DNA of 64,000 nucleotides from Candidatus Saccharimonadota bacterium (GCA_017512045.1 JAFWHE010000012.1:24935-88934), one strand, 5' to 3'; numbered from the stretch's first letter, positions 40,717 through 49,982 are shown. A program made the numbers and translations. Notes: generated by a model not told the origin, from the letters alone.

Positions 40717-41693
40717 TTGATCGTATCGCGCATAGCATCATCTATGGTCAGCTCGGTTTTCCAGTTTAACTCGCGGAGAGCTTTTTCTGGATTGGCATAG
40801 AACTCTGCTAAATCTCCAGCTCTGCGGCCAGCGATCTTGTATGGCAATTTTTTTCCGGATGCTTTTTCGAAGGCGGTAATCATTTCTAAAACACTGGTAC
40901 CTTTGCCAGAGCCAAGATTATAAACCCCTACCCCAGTGGTTAAATGTTCTAGTGCGGACAAATGACCTTTCGCCAAGTCTACTACATGAATATAGTCACG
41001 AATGCAAGTCCCATCAGGAGTAGGATAGTCATTACCCCAGACTGAAAGCTCTGGATATTCGCCACGAGCGACTTTCATAATGATTGGCATCAGATTATTT
41101 GGGCGACCGTTAGGGTCTTCTCCGAGCTTGCCAGACGGATGTGCGCCAATAGGATTGAAATAGCGTAGTATGGAAATACAGAAAGTATTGTCAGCAACAT
41201 GCAGGTCTTTTAGAATTTCTTCTATCATATATTTGGTTTTGCCATATGGACTAGGAATATTTTGGCCAGTCGGTAAATCTTCTGTATAGGAACTAACACC
41301 AGGATCACCATAAACTGTAGCAGATGAGGAGAAAACAATTTTCTTCACATCATATTTTTGCATACACTTTAGTAAGTTAAGTGTACTAATGAGATTATTA
41401 TCATAGTAACGGATAGGTTGCTCTACGCTCTCGCCCACGGCCTTCAGCCCGGCAAAATGTATCACTGCATCGAAATCATTATGTTGGAAAACATCTTCCA
41501 GGGCAGAGAAATCGCAAAGGTCAACTTTATAAAACTTTGGGCGAACAGATGTAATTTCTTCTATACGGTCTAGAACGGAGATTCTGCTATTAAAGAGATT
41601 ATCTACTATTGTGACATCATGTCCAGCAGAAATTAGCTCCACTGCTGTGTGTGAGCCAATATAGCCAGTACCACCTGTTATGAGTATTTTCAT
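40698..41693 (-). CDS. galE: UDP-glucose 4-epimerase
   Basis: TGGTGYIGSH, HFAGLKAVGES, SSSATVYG, PYGKTK, RYFNPIGAH; start at ATG 41693. Confidence 0.96.
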   Translation of the reverse strand: MKILITGGTGYIGSHTAVELISAGHDVTIVDNLFNSRISVLDRIEEITSVRPKFYKVDLCDFSALEDVFQHNDFDAVIHFAGLKAVGESVEQPIRYYDNNLISTLNLLKCMQKYDVKKIVFSSSATVYGDPGVSSYTEDLPTGQNIPSPYGKTKYMIEEILKDLHVADNTFCISILRYFNPIGAHPSGKLGEDPNGRPNNLMPIIMKVARGEYPELSVWGNDYPTPDGTCIRDYIHVVDLAKGHLSALEHLTTGVGVYNLGSGKGTSVLEMITAFEKASGKKLPYKIAGRRAGDLAEFYANPEKALRELNWKTELTIDDAMRDTINYLNSL

Positions 41694-41731
41694 ATCTATA
41701 TTATAATACATAATATGGTATAATAATAGGT

Positions 41732-43156
41732 ATGAAAAAAGACCCAGGTCTGATATTTCGCGTGATTCTGGCGGCTGGTGATGCGGTTGCAATTATACTA
41801 GCTTTTTTGTTGGCGTATCTGATTCGCATTCATATTGACCAGAAACCATACTACTTTGAGGCAGAACCGGCATCGTTTATTGCGACTATTTGTTTCTTAA
41901 TACCGATTTGGATTATCCTGATGGCTATTTTGGGGCTATACAATAAAACGGTTATCCTGAATCGTTCTCGTTTGCCAGAGATAGTTAGATTAGCTCTCGC
42001 TTCTGTGCTCGGCATTATGACATTAATCACTTACGATTTCTTTACTGAACAGAGTATTTTCCCAACACGTCTGGTGGCAGTATATGCGATGATACTTTGT
42101 TTCTTGACACTCTTGATTGTTCGGCTCATTGTCCGTAGTGTTAGGAAAGCCATTGTGCGTCGTAATAAGGGTACTCTTAGAGCGATAGTAATAGGGAATA
42201 ACATTAATACTAGTAGATTATTGGAACATATTGCTAATTTCCCAGAGGATGGATTTAGTTTGGCAGCGGTCGTAGCAAATAAGAGTTATATCCCGACTGA
42301 GTTCCAGGGGAAGAAGTTTTCTTCTCTTAAGGAAGCGCTCAAGTGGGCGAAGGCAGATGTAATTTTCCAGACGGACGAACAGAACACGGAGAAGGTATAC
42401 AGCGCTTCTATCGCTAATCACTTACTATATTATTTTGTCCCGTCAGAGACAGCCCTCTCTTCTCATATTGGTGATATGGAGCTGATTGGCGATACTCCAG
42501 CAATCTTTGTGAAGGTTACACCATTAATTGGGGTAGCCAGGTTCATCAAACGTGCCATAGATATTATCCTTGGTTCCTTAATGCTGATTATTGCCGCCAT
42601 CCCAATGCTAATTATCTGGATTATTGTGAAATTATCAGATATCCATCACTCTGCGATTTATTCTGAGTATCGCCTCTCTCGTTATAATAAGAAAGTGAAG
42701 ATTTATAAGTTTCGTTCTATGAAGCCGGAATATTCTGGTATGACGCCAGAGGAAGCGTTTGAGAAAATGGGCAAGCCAGAGCTAATAGAAAAATATCGTA
42801 AAAACGGTGATTTTTTGCCAGATGACCCGAGGATTACTCATATCGGTGCGATGCTCAGAGCCACATCACTAGATGAGTTGCCACAATTAATTAACGTGGT
42901 AAAAGGTGATATTTCTCTAGTCGGACCGAGGGCATTGGTACCAGGAGAGCTAAAGGATTATGGTGATAGATCGCTACTCCTGTCAGTGAAGTCGGGTCTG
43001 ACTGGCCTGGCGCAAGTTTCTGGTAGGAGGGACATTTCCTTTGAAGAGAGAAGGGCACTGGATTTATACTATATTCAGAATTGGTCTCTCTGGATGGATA
43101 TCAGCATTCTATTCCATACAATTGGCGCGGTATTTTCTGGCAAGGGCGCAAAATAA
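41732..43156 (+). CDS. Polyprenyl-phosphate priming sugar transferase (WcaJ/WbaP family)
   Basis: KRAIDI, IYKFRSM, DPRIT, SLDELPQL, ISLVGPR, GLTGLAQV. Confidence 0.93.
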   Translation: MKKDPGLIFRVILAAGDAVAIILAFLLAYLIRIHIDQKPYYFEAEPASFIATICFLIPIWIILMAILGLYNKTVILNRSRLPEIVRLALASVLGIMTLITYDFFTEQSIFPTRLVAVYAMILCFLTLLIVRLIVRSVRKAIVRRNKGTLRAIVIGNNINTSRLLEHIANFPEDGFSLAAVVANKSYIPTEFQGKKFSSLKEALKWAKADVIFQTDEQNTEKVYSASIANHLLYYFVPSETALSSHIGDMELIGDTPAIFVKVTPLIGVARFIKRAIDIILGSLMLIIAAIPMLIIWIIVKLSDIHHSAIYSEYRLSRYNKKVKIYKFRSMKPEYSGMTPEEAFEKMGKPELIEKYRKNGDFLPDDPRITHIGAMLRATSLDELPQLINVVKGDISLVGPRALVPGELKDYGDRSLLLSVKSGLTGLAQVSGRRDISFEERRALDLYYIQNWSLWMDISILFHTIGAVFSGKGAK

Positions 43157-44298
43157 TGAAAATTGCTCTAGTTTGCGATTGGTTGACGACGATTGGCGGA
43201 GCGGAGTCTGTGCTCCTGGCTTTGCATGAGATGTATCCAGATGCGCCAATTTATACCTCCAAATACGATAAGAAGGGAATTGATTGGTTCGATGATGCTG
43301 ATGTGCGCACTGGTTGGTTGCAGGTTTTTCCGTCTTGCATGAGAAGGTTCATCAGTCCTTTGCGCCAGAGGTGGTTCTCCCACTTAGATTTGTCTGATTA
43401 TGATTTGGTGATTTCCGTAACAGGAGCAGAAGCAAAGTCTGTGAAGGCTAGTTGTCACCTCTGTTACTGCCATGTTCCGACTCAGTATTATTGGGGGATG
43501 TATGATGATTATATTAAGAATCCAGGTTTCGGCATCTTAAACCCATTAGCTAGGGTTGGTCTGAAATTGTTTGTGAAACCTCTGAGGAAGAAAGATTTCC
43601 AGGCGGCACAACGGCCAGATCAGTTTGTAACCATATCATCTTATGCAAAGAATCAAATTAAGAAATATTACAAGAGGGAAGCAAAGGTAATTTTCCCGCC
43701 AGTGGATGTAAAAAAGTTTTCCACAGGCAGCAAAAAGTTATCCACAAGCAGGGAAATAAAAAATGCGAAAAGTCAAGTCAAGAATTGTAAAAATTACATC
43801 ACAACTTCTCGCCAAGTCAACTGGAAAAGATTGGATATTTGTGTTAAAGCTTGTATAAAAACAGATGACAAACTAACTTTAATTGGTAGTGGTCCGGAGC
43901 ATAAAAACTTAGTAAAACTAGCTGATGATCATAATAATATTACTTTCCTACCTACAATGTCGCAGGACGAGCTAAAGAATTATCTAGTAGAAGCTGATGC
44001 TTTCCTGTTTCCGAGCCTGGAACCTTTTGGCTTAGCGCCGATTGAGGCGATGGCTTGTGGTATACCAGTAATAGCTTATGGCGAAGGTGGCGCCCTGGAT
44101 TATATTCGGCCAGGTGTTAATGGCGAACTGTTTGATAAACAATCTATTAATTCTCTAGTGTCAGTAATGGAAAAATTTCAACCGGAGGCATATAATCCAA
44201 ATGTTGTAAAAAATACAACATTAGATTTTGACAAAAAAGTATTCAAACAAAAAATACGAGATTTAGTCAAGGAGTTGACGGATGAGAAAACCCATTAG
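43156..44298 (+). CDS. GT4 (mannosyltransferase-like) glycosyltransferase
   Basis: ALVCDWL..GGAE, CYCHVP, WKRLD, EPFGLAPIEAMACG; start at ATG 43156 (TAATG). Confidence 0.9.
   Translation: MKIALVCDWLTTIGGAESVLLALHEMYPDAPIYTSKYDKKGIDWFDDADVRTGWLQVFPSCMRRFISPLRQRWFSHLDLSDYDLVISVTGAEAKSVKASCHLCYCHVPTQYYWGMYDDYIKNPGFGILNPLARVGLKLFVKPLRKKDFQAAQRPDQFVTISSYAKNQIKKYYKREAKVIFPPVDVKKFSTGSKKLSTSREIKNAKSQVKNCKNYITTSRQVNWKRLDICVKACIKTDDKLTLIGSGPEHKNLVKLADDHNNITFLPTMSQDELKNYLVEADAFLFPSLEPFGLAPIEAMACGIPVIAYGEGGALDYIRPGVNGELFDKQSINSLVSVMEKFQPEAYNPNVVKNTTLDFDKKVFKQKIRDLVKELTDEKTH
43711..43746 (+). repeat. Tandem DnaA-box direct repeat inside the GT4 coding sequence
   Basis: AAAAAGTTTTCCACA (43711-43725) and AAAAAGTTATCCACA (43732-43746); 21-bp period. 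Confidence 0.7.
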
Positions 44299-45700
44299 AT
44301 ATTACCTGCTCTTAATTTTGCCAGCGGTGCTTTTCTTTTCTTACCATCCGATTATTACGCTTGGTACCAATAATACGATGAACTTGGAGCTTTCCCTGCC
44401 AGAGATTTGGCTCGCATTGTTCTCTCTTATGAGCTTGCCATATTCCAAAAAACTTTGGCGACAATTTGGTTGGAGGAACATTTTGCTGGCTTTTGCAATT
44501 CCCCTATATTCTTCTGTATCTATCATCTGGTCTGGCAACCGCCTACGAGCGATACTAACTACGGGGTTGCTCTGGCTCATTGCATTCAGTATCCTAAATA
44601 TCATACAAATACTGAGAGATAATCATCGTAAAGGCAGTTCTTTCCAGGAGATTTTATATAAAGCAATTTTAATTCCGGCTGTAATTGTATCGCTATTCTG
44701 CTGGCTGCAAAGCACTCTGGATGTAGCAGGAGTAGCCAGAGAGAACACTCTTCTCTGCCTAGGTTGTACATCTCAATCATTTGGTTTTCCGCATCCAAAT
44801 GGCTTCGCTATAGAACCGCAGTTTATGGGAAATTTGCTGATAGTGCCCACTCTTCTCTGTTATTATTTACTCAAAACCTCTGCTTATAAAAAGCAAAGAA
44901 AGATAAAAATCCATCTAATAGTACTTACGTTATTTTTGAATGCCACTCTCTTCTTTACATTTTCTAGGGGTGCGATTTATGCATTTGCCATCGGGCTAGT
45001 AGTAGAACGGCTGTTGATGATATGGCCTACGAAATCCATGAAATCCAAATTCACAGGGTTTAAGTTTTGGCTGGTCCCAGTTCTCTTCTGCTTGGCCTTT
45101 GTTATTTCTCTGTCGGTGCAAGGATTTTTCTCCGCTATTGGACCGACTGATGATACGTTCTTTTCTGGTATTACGAAATCTATCCACCAACTTTCTCTTG
45201 GCAAGATAGATTTACGCCCAACTGATATCAAAAACAGCTCTGATGGCGTGCAAAACGATGACCCAGATGACTTAATGAATGATCCTCAGGCATCTAGTTT
45301 CTCTGGTTATGTCGCAGAATCTACGGAGAGACGGTTGGATCTCAACCAATACGCTATGGACACTTGGAAATCTAGCGCGCAGTATATCTGGGTTGGTGCA
45401 GGTATTGGTTCGGCTGGTATAGCGATGAACAGATATATGCCAGAGGTAATTGGCGCTAAGGAAATTGTCCAGAATGAATATGTCAGCTTGCTCCTAGAAA
45501 CTGGGATTATTGGTTATATAATTATTGTAGCTGTCGTCTACTGTATCGTAAGAAAATTATGGAAAAACAATAATCCGAGGACTAATCCTCTGTTTTGGAG
45601 TGTGATTTTGAGCTTTGCTTTGACGGTGCTGTTTTTCTCTGGTCTGCCGAATGCTCTGCAGATTTATCTGTTGCCGCCTTTGCTTCTTTCCCGAAAATAA
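44282..45700 (+). CDS. O-antigen ligase/polymerase-like (Wzy_C) membrane protein
   Basis: Many TM helices, HPNGFAIEP, FSRGA, periplasmic loop, QNEYVSLLLETG. Confidence 0.75.
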   Translation: MRKPIRYYLLLILPAVLFFSYHPIITLGTNNTMNLELSLPEIWLALFSLMSLPYSKKLWRQFGWRNILLAFAIPLYSSVSIIWSGNRLRAILTTGLLWLIAFSILNIIQILRDNHRKGSSFQEILYKAILIPAVIVSLFCWLQSTLDVAGVARENTLLCLGCTSQSFGFPHPNGFAIEPQFMGNLLIVPTLLCYYLLKTSAYKKQRKIKIHLIVLTLFLNATLFFTFSRGAIYAFAIGLVVERLLMIWPTKSMKSKFTGFKFWLVPVLFCLAFVISLSVQGFFSAIGPTDDTFFSGITKSIHQLSLGKIDLRPTDIKNSSDGVQNDDPDDLMNDPQASSFSGYVAESTERRLDLNQYAMDTWKSSAQYIWVGAGIGSAGIAMNRYMPEVIGAKEIVQNEYVSLLLETGIIGYIIIVAVVYCIVRKLWKNNNPRTNPLFWSVILSFALTVLFFSGLPNALQIYLLPPLLLSRK

Positions 45701-46142
45701 AATTATCATATAGGAAGTAATTGATTGTCATTGTAACAATATTCATCAATACAAATACGCCTGTCCCCTGGACAAACTCTCTACTGAATGGCAGATGAAT
45801 TGCGCTGGTAATGGAAAAAGCAAATTCATAAAGGCCAGTGAGTAGTCCAAAGAACCAAGAGAGAAAAGAGCGTAAGACCAGTAGTACTACCAAGTTCCAG
45901 ACGAAGAATTTAATGATACCACTTTTCCCTGGATCACGGTCTTTCCACGTGATGTTGCTATGTAAGAAAAATGCTGCAATTGTAGCAAAGACCAGTGATA
46001 TGATTTGGGCTACTGGGATGAGATCAGTGTTCCCCCCGAATAATACCATATGTGCAAATGTATACACTACATAATCTACTAGGGCTGCAGATAGCCCTAC
46101 GCCAATAAACTTAAGAACTCTTCTTTCTACGACTTTATGCAT
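45582..46142 (-). CDS. GtrA-family lipid-linked sugar flippase-like protein
   Basis: KFIGVGLSAALVDY, FFLHSNITW, KFFVWN, NYFLYDNFIF. Confidence 0.8.
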   Translation of the reverse strand: MHKVVERRVLKFIGVGLSAALVDYVVYTFAHMVLFGGNTDLIPVAQIISLVFATIAAFFLHSNITWKDRDPGKSGIIKFFVWNLVVLLVLRSFLSWFFGLLTGLYEFAFSITSAIHLPFSREFVQGTGVFVLMNIVTMTINYFLYDNFIFGKEAKAATDKSAEHSADQRKTAPSKQSSKSHSKTED

Positions 46143-47460
46143 GGAATACTCCTCTCAGCCATTTATCTGCTGGACCGGCAGTCATTAGTAATATTAGATA
46201 TCCATCATCATGGTATTTCTGTAACTTTTTTACTAGTGCGTCATCTGGCTTTGCTGGTTCAGCGATGTCTTTATTGGACAAATTAGCAATTAGATCTTCT
46301 GGTTGCAATATGGATAGATTAGGGTCTTCCCTGACCAAGTAAGTTGGCAACCAGAATAGATGAGAAATGCCAACAAAAGCGTCCTTGTAACCATCTTTTA
46401 CTTCGTGCTGACGGGTATTCTGATGGGGCTCATAGATAGCAACTACGCCTTTTTTCTTTTGAAGTTCTGCATCTTCTAATGCTAGTTCTATAGTAGCGGC
46501 AATTTCCTCTGGATGATGTCCGTAGTCGGAATATACGCCATCAGCGATTCTCTCGTATCGGCGGCCAATGCCGGGGAATTTATCTAAGATTTCTATGATT
46601 AAATCTTCATCTATAGTTCTTCCCTCGTAAGATATACCACTATCAGCGAGTAGGCTTTTCTCGGCAGTTACCATATCGGCTTCCTCTACCATTTCGAAGA
46701 TTGCCTGCATGGCGAGACTAGCATCATAACGGCGAGCTTTCCCAGCTAGGTGGAATTTATTAGAAAAGTCGAGTGTCTCTGCGTTTTCTACTGCCGCTCC
46801 CTCTAATTCTCTACCGCGAATGACTTGTTCACTCTGACTTTCAAACTTAGCGAAAGCTTGCAAATATTCTAATTTTGTTTTGTAAATATCGGGGTGGTCA
46901 TAAGAAATAGTCGTGATAACAGATAGCCATGGAGAGAAATGTAGGAAATTGCGGTCATATTCATCCGCCTCATAGATGAGAAATTCAGATTCTGAGTCAT
47001 AATGTCCAGCCTCGGCAAAAGGCAAGGTTGTTCCGACGAGATATGATATTGGTAAGCCTAGATTGAGCGCGGCCCATATAATCATAGAAGTAGTAGTAGT
47101 TTTTCCATGTGTGCCAGCCACTGCAACCATCTTCAGCCCTTGCTTCTCTACTAAATAAGCAATCAGTTCATCACGTTTGGAAATGCGCAGTCCTAACTTT
47201 TCTGCTAGGACTAGTTCTGGGTGGTCTTTTGGCAAAGCGGAGGTATGAACAAACCAGTCTACATTCCCTGCATCATATTGTTTCTGCAGAAATGAGCCAT
47301 CTTGCTCTCCGATGGCAAAATCAATGTTTTTTTCGGCTAGCTCACGAGAAATAGCACCTTCGGACAGATCGGAACCAGACACGTTCAACCCAGCATCTTT
47401 CGCTATCAAAGCTAGCGGGCCAAGTCCAGTCCCAGAAATCCCAGAAATATAGATATTCAT
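46135..47460 (-). CDS. murC: UDP-N-acetylmuramate--L-alanine ligase (MurC-like)
   Basis: GISGTGLG, GSD, AGTHGKTTT, EADEYD, GRRYE, DYGHHPEEI, EPHQ. Confidence 0.88.
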   Translation of the reverse strand: MNIYISGISGTGLGPLALIAKDAGLNVSGSDLSEGAISRELAEKNIDFAIGEQDGSFLQKQYDAGNVDWFVHTSALPKDHPELVLAEKLGLRISKRDELIAYLVEKQGLKMVAVAGTHGKTTTTSMIIWAALNLGLPISYLVGTTLPFAEAGHYDSESEFLIYEADEYDRNFLHFSPWLSVITTISYDHPDIYKTKLEYLQAFAKFESQSEQVIRGRELEGAAVENAETLDFSNKFHLAGKARRYDASLAMQAIFEMVEEADMVTAEKSLLADSGISYEGRTIDEDLIIEILDKFPGIGRRYERIADGVYSDYGHHPEEIAATIELALEDAELQKKKGVVAIYEPHQNTRQHEVKDGYKDAFVGISHLFWLPTYLVREDPNLSILQPEDLIANLSNKDIAEPAKPDDALVKKLQKYHDDGYLILLMTAGPADKWLRGVFHA

Positions 47461-47479
47461 GCTATAATTATATCAGCTT
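47461..47479. promoter_or_regulatory. Overlapping divergent extended -10 promoters in a 19-bp gap
   Basis: + strand TGcTATAAT at 47460-47468; - strand TGaTATAAT at 47475-47467; shared palindrome TATAATTATA. Confidence 0.7.
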
Positions 47480-48181
47480 ATGGGTGGCATTAAGAAAAAT
47501 GACATAAAAAAGACCCTGAGGAAATTAAAGCAGGTCAAGACTTGGCAGTTGCTCCTAATTTTGGTCCCACTATTATTCATAGAGGCTACTTTGCTGAGGT
47601 TTGATCATGTCAAGATGACGGAGCTAAAAAAAGAAGTACTAGCAGCGGATGAGGCTGGAAATGAGGAAGAGATTGCGAGCGCCTTGCAGAAGCTAAGAGA
47701 ATATGTCTTCTCCCATACGGTGGTGAATGTAGTAGAAAAGAACGGTGTCCAACATATCACCTTTGGCACGGGGCCAATCTACCTAGAACATCAATACCAG
47801 AGAAAAGCTTCCGAAGCTTTAGCGGCGGCAGAAGCGCAGGCTGGTACTGACGAGAATCCGAACGGTAATGTCTTCGCAGCGGCGATGGCTGTGTGTAAAC
47901 CTCTAGCTATTCAATATGGCTGGGCTTGGAACAGCCCGGGATATCTTGACTGTATGACAGGGGAAATTGCCAAATATCCAACTACTGATAAGATACAGGA
48001 CACCCTGGTCGCTACCTTGCCATCAACGGCACTGTTCCGTTACGACTTTGCCTCACCTATTTGGACACCAACTTTGACTGGGTTCGTATTAATCCTTTGT
48101 ATCGTGCTGATTGTTGTAATTTTGGTAAAGATTTTTATCTGGGGTGCTCTCTGTTTAGCATTAGTTTTTTTGAAAAATTAG
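47480..48181 (+). CDS. Membrane hypothetical protein
   Basis: N- and C-terminal TM helices and one Cys pair; intact 233-aa ORF. Confidence 0.75.
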   Translation: MGGIKKNDIKKTLRKLKQVKTWQLLLILVPLLFIEATLLRFDHVKMTELKKEVLAADEAGNEEEIASALQKLREYVFSHTVVNVVEKNGVQHITFGTGPIYLEHQYQRKASEALAAAEAQAGTDENPNGNVFAAAMAVCKPLAIQYGWAWNSPGYLDCMTGEIAKYPTTDKIQDTLVATLPSTALFRYDFASPIWTPTLTGFVLILCIVLIVVILVKIFIWGALCLALVFLKN

Positions 48182-48191
48182 AAAAAAGCTC

Positions 48192-48220
48192 TTGACATCT
48201 GATGAGAGGGGTCATAAGAT
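48192..48220 (+). promoter_or_regulatory. Canonical sigma70 promoter
   Basis: TTGACA (48192-48197), 17 bp, TAAGAT (48215-48220); AAGGAGG SD downstream. Confidence 0.75.
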
Positions 48221-48246
48221 AAGAATATATCAATTAAGGAGGAATT

Positions 48247-48453
48247 ATGGCCTATCAACATACCAACAGTAAAGGAATTACCTACTACCTACGTCAGTCA
48301 GAAGTTACTCTTCGTGGCGGCAAGAAGCAGACTATCTATTTCTTTACTAAGACTGCAGAAGGTGGTAAAGGCACACCAGTTGATCTTCCTGCAGATCGCC
48401 AGGTTAATGAGAACCCACGCAACGGTTTCTTGACTCTTTCTAAGAAGAAATAA
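48247..48453 (+). CDS. 68-aa basic hypothetical protein, monocistronic
   Basis: Own promoter, strong SD and terminator; MAYQHTNSKGITYYL...LRGG..QTIYFF...VNENPRNG. Confidence 0.85.
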   Translation: MAYQHTNSKGITYYLRQSEVTLRGGKKQTIYFFTKTAEGGKGTPVDLPADRQVNENPRNGFLTLSKKK

Positions 48454-48469
48454 GACTCATAGATAATAC

Positions 48470-48494
48470 AATAAGCCAGCAGGTCTGGCTTATT
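48470..48494 (+). terminator. Intrinsic terminator
   Basis: AATAAGCCAG-CAGGT-CTGGCTTATT followed by TT. Confidence 0.75.
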
Positions 48495-48552
48495 TTGATG
48501 GTGAATAAAAAGATTATGTTATAATTTCTATAAATAATAACAGGAGGAAAAA

Positions 48553-49089
48553 TTGAATCTGGATTTCTTTGGTACAGAGATTAGTGTTAAGAAACTGATT
48601 GATTCTGCATTGTATATTCTGTTCGTTTTGGCGGTTTATCTCATTTTGAAGCGAATCTTGAAGATTACTTTCAATAAAGCTGGTGGTAAGAAGGCTAGTC
48701 CTGCTCAGAAACAGCGTATCAAGACTATCTCTCAGATGCTTTCTAGCATTTTGAGATATCTATTTCTTATTATTGTGTTGCTTGTTATTTTATCTATCCT
48801 CGGTGTTAACGTTACATCTCTGCTCGCTGGGCTGGGGATTTTGACTGCCGTAGTCGGTCTGGCTTTCCAGGATATGATTAAGGATTTTATTGCTGGAATT
48901 GCCATCATTGCCGAGAATCAATTTAGCGTCGGTGATACAGTCATTGCGCAAGCTGATGGATTTAAGGGCACGGTCACTAATATTGGTCTCAAGACTACAG
49001 AGGTTACGAGTGATAAAGGTGAGGTTAAGATTATGGCAAATCATAATATTGACGGGTTAATCAATTGTAGTAGAAATAAATTAAGCTAG
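48553..49089 (+). CDS. mscS: Small mechanosensitive channel MscS-family protein
   Basis: LLAGLGILTAVVGLAFQDMIKDFIAG, QFSVGD, GTVTNIGLKTT; TTG start with AGGAGG. Confidence 0.85.
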   Translation: MNLDFFGTEISVKKLIDSALYILFVLAVYLILKRILKITFNKAGGKKASPAQKQRIKTISQMLSSILRYLFLIIVLLVILSILGVNVTSLLAGLGILTAVVGLAFQDMIKDFIAGIAIIAENQFSVGDTVIAQADGFKGTVTNIGLKTTEVTSDKGEVKIMANHNIDGLINCSRNKLS

Positions 49090-49094
49090 TAAAA

Positions 49095-49115
49095 GCCCCC
49101 GGAAATTCCGGGGGC
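49095..49115. terminator. Bidirectional terminator between mscS and the lipoprotein gene
   Basis: GCCCCCGGA-AAT-TCCGGGGGC flanked by AAAA and GATTT. Confidence 0.8.
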
Positions 49116-49132
49116 GATTTGTTACATCAAGG

Positions 49133-49816
49133 TTAGTGTTGGATTGTAGCGTCTGTGGCATCACAGGGCTTAAAATCTGTGCCGACGGCATCAGGTGCTA
49201 CATTTGGTCCAGTCTTGCTAACTGCATCAAATACGTCCTGCAAGTGTAGTACGCATTCGATTGGAACTACAAGCTCACCCACTTTGACTTCTTCACTAAT
49301 AGGGAAAATGTAGCTATAGGTGCAGAGATTAGCTTCTTCAGCAGAATCGACCCATTCTCCGATTATCAGTTCGCTGACATCAGGGTGTAAGTCATCGTTA
49401 CCTCCTTGTATGAACCAGTCACCATAAACCAGTATGAAGGTATATTTACCAATTCCCCAGAATGTCGATCCAGTATCCTGAGCGAATTTCTCCACGTCAA
49501 ACGCTCCGTCAGAGATGTAGCTGGCCATATTGCTATTCAGTAATATATCTATGGGTTCAACTGGCTCTGGTTCCGGGGTTGGAGTCGGCTCTGGAGTCGG
49601 CTCCGGAGTAGGTGCAGGTGTTGGTTCAGGCTCCTCAACTACTATAATCTCCGGCTCTGGTTCCGGGGTTGGAGTCGGCTCTGCTACTTCTTCTGTCGCA
49701 GGGGCTTCTGCCTCGGCAGAGGGCTGAGATTCAGCCTGGGTTGTCTTTACGTTGATATTACACGCCGTAAGTGAGAGTGCCAAAATAGCACTCAAAAGAA
49801 TCATAATTTTCTTCAT
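49133..49816 (-). CDS. Putative lipoprotein with Pro/Thr/Glu linker
   Basis: MKKIMILLSAILALSLTAC lipobox; AAGGAGG SD; (PT/PE)n repeats with a 31-bp exact duplication (49563-49593 = 49653-49683); start at ATG 49816. Confidence 0.8.
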   Translation of the reverse strand: MKKIMILLSAILALSLTACNINVKTTQAESQPSAEAEAPATEEVAEPTPTPEPEPEIIVVEEPEPTPAPTPEPTPEPTPTPEPEPVEPIDILLNSNMASYISDGAFDVEKFAQDTGSTFWGIGKYTFILVYGDWFIQGGNDDLHPDVSELIIGEWVDSAEEANLCTYSYIFPISEEVKVGELVVPIECVLHLQDVFDAVSKTGPNVAPDAVGTDFKPCDATDATIQH

Positions 49817-49906
49817 CTGTGTTCCCTCCTTGATATAGAAAATGTAAATGTACAAGCTACTCTTATTATACCACAACATTGAAAATAAATCAAGTTAAAA
49901 AATGAC

Positions 49907-49982
49907 TGGTGGGGGCACCTGGGTTCGAACCAGGGACCAATCGGTTATGAGCCGACTGCTCTAACCACTGAGCTATGCCCCC
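49907..49982 (-). tRNA. tRNA-Ile2 (CAT anticodon, lysidine type); elongator Met less likely
   Basis: GGGGGCATAGCTCAGTGGTTAGAGCAGTCGGCTCATAACCGATTGGTCCCTGGTTCGAACCCAGGTGCCCCCACCA folds as a cloverleaf; the CGGCTCATAACCG arm matches Ile2 tRNAs; encoded CCA. Confidence 0.9.

Noticed and set aside
45582-45700. 119-bp convergent overlap of the GtrA and ligase genes
   Set aside because: The GtrA tail is low-complexity and looks like stop-codon drift; there is no sign of dual-coding selection.
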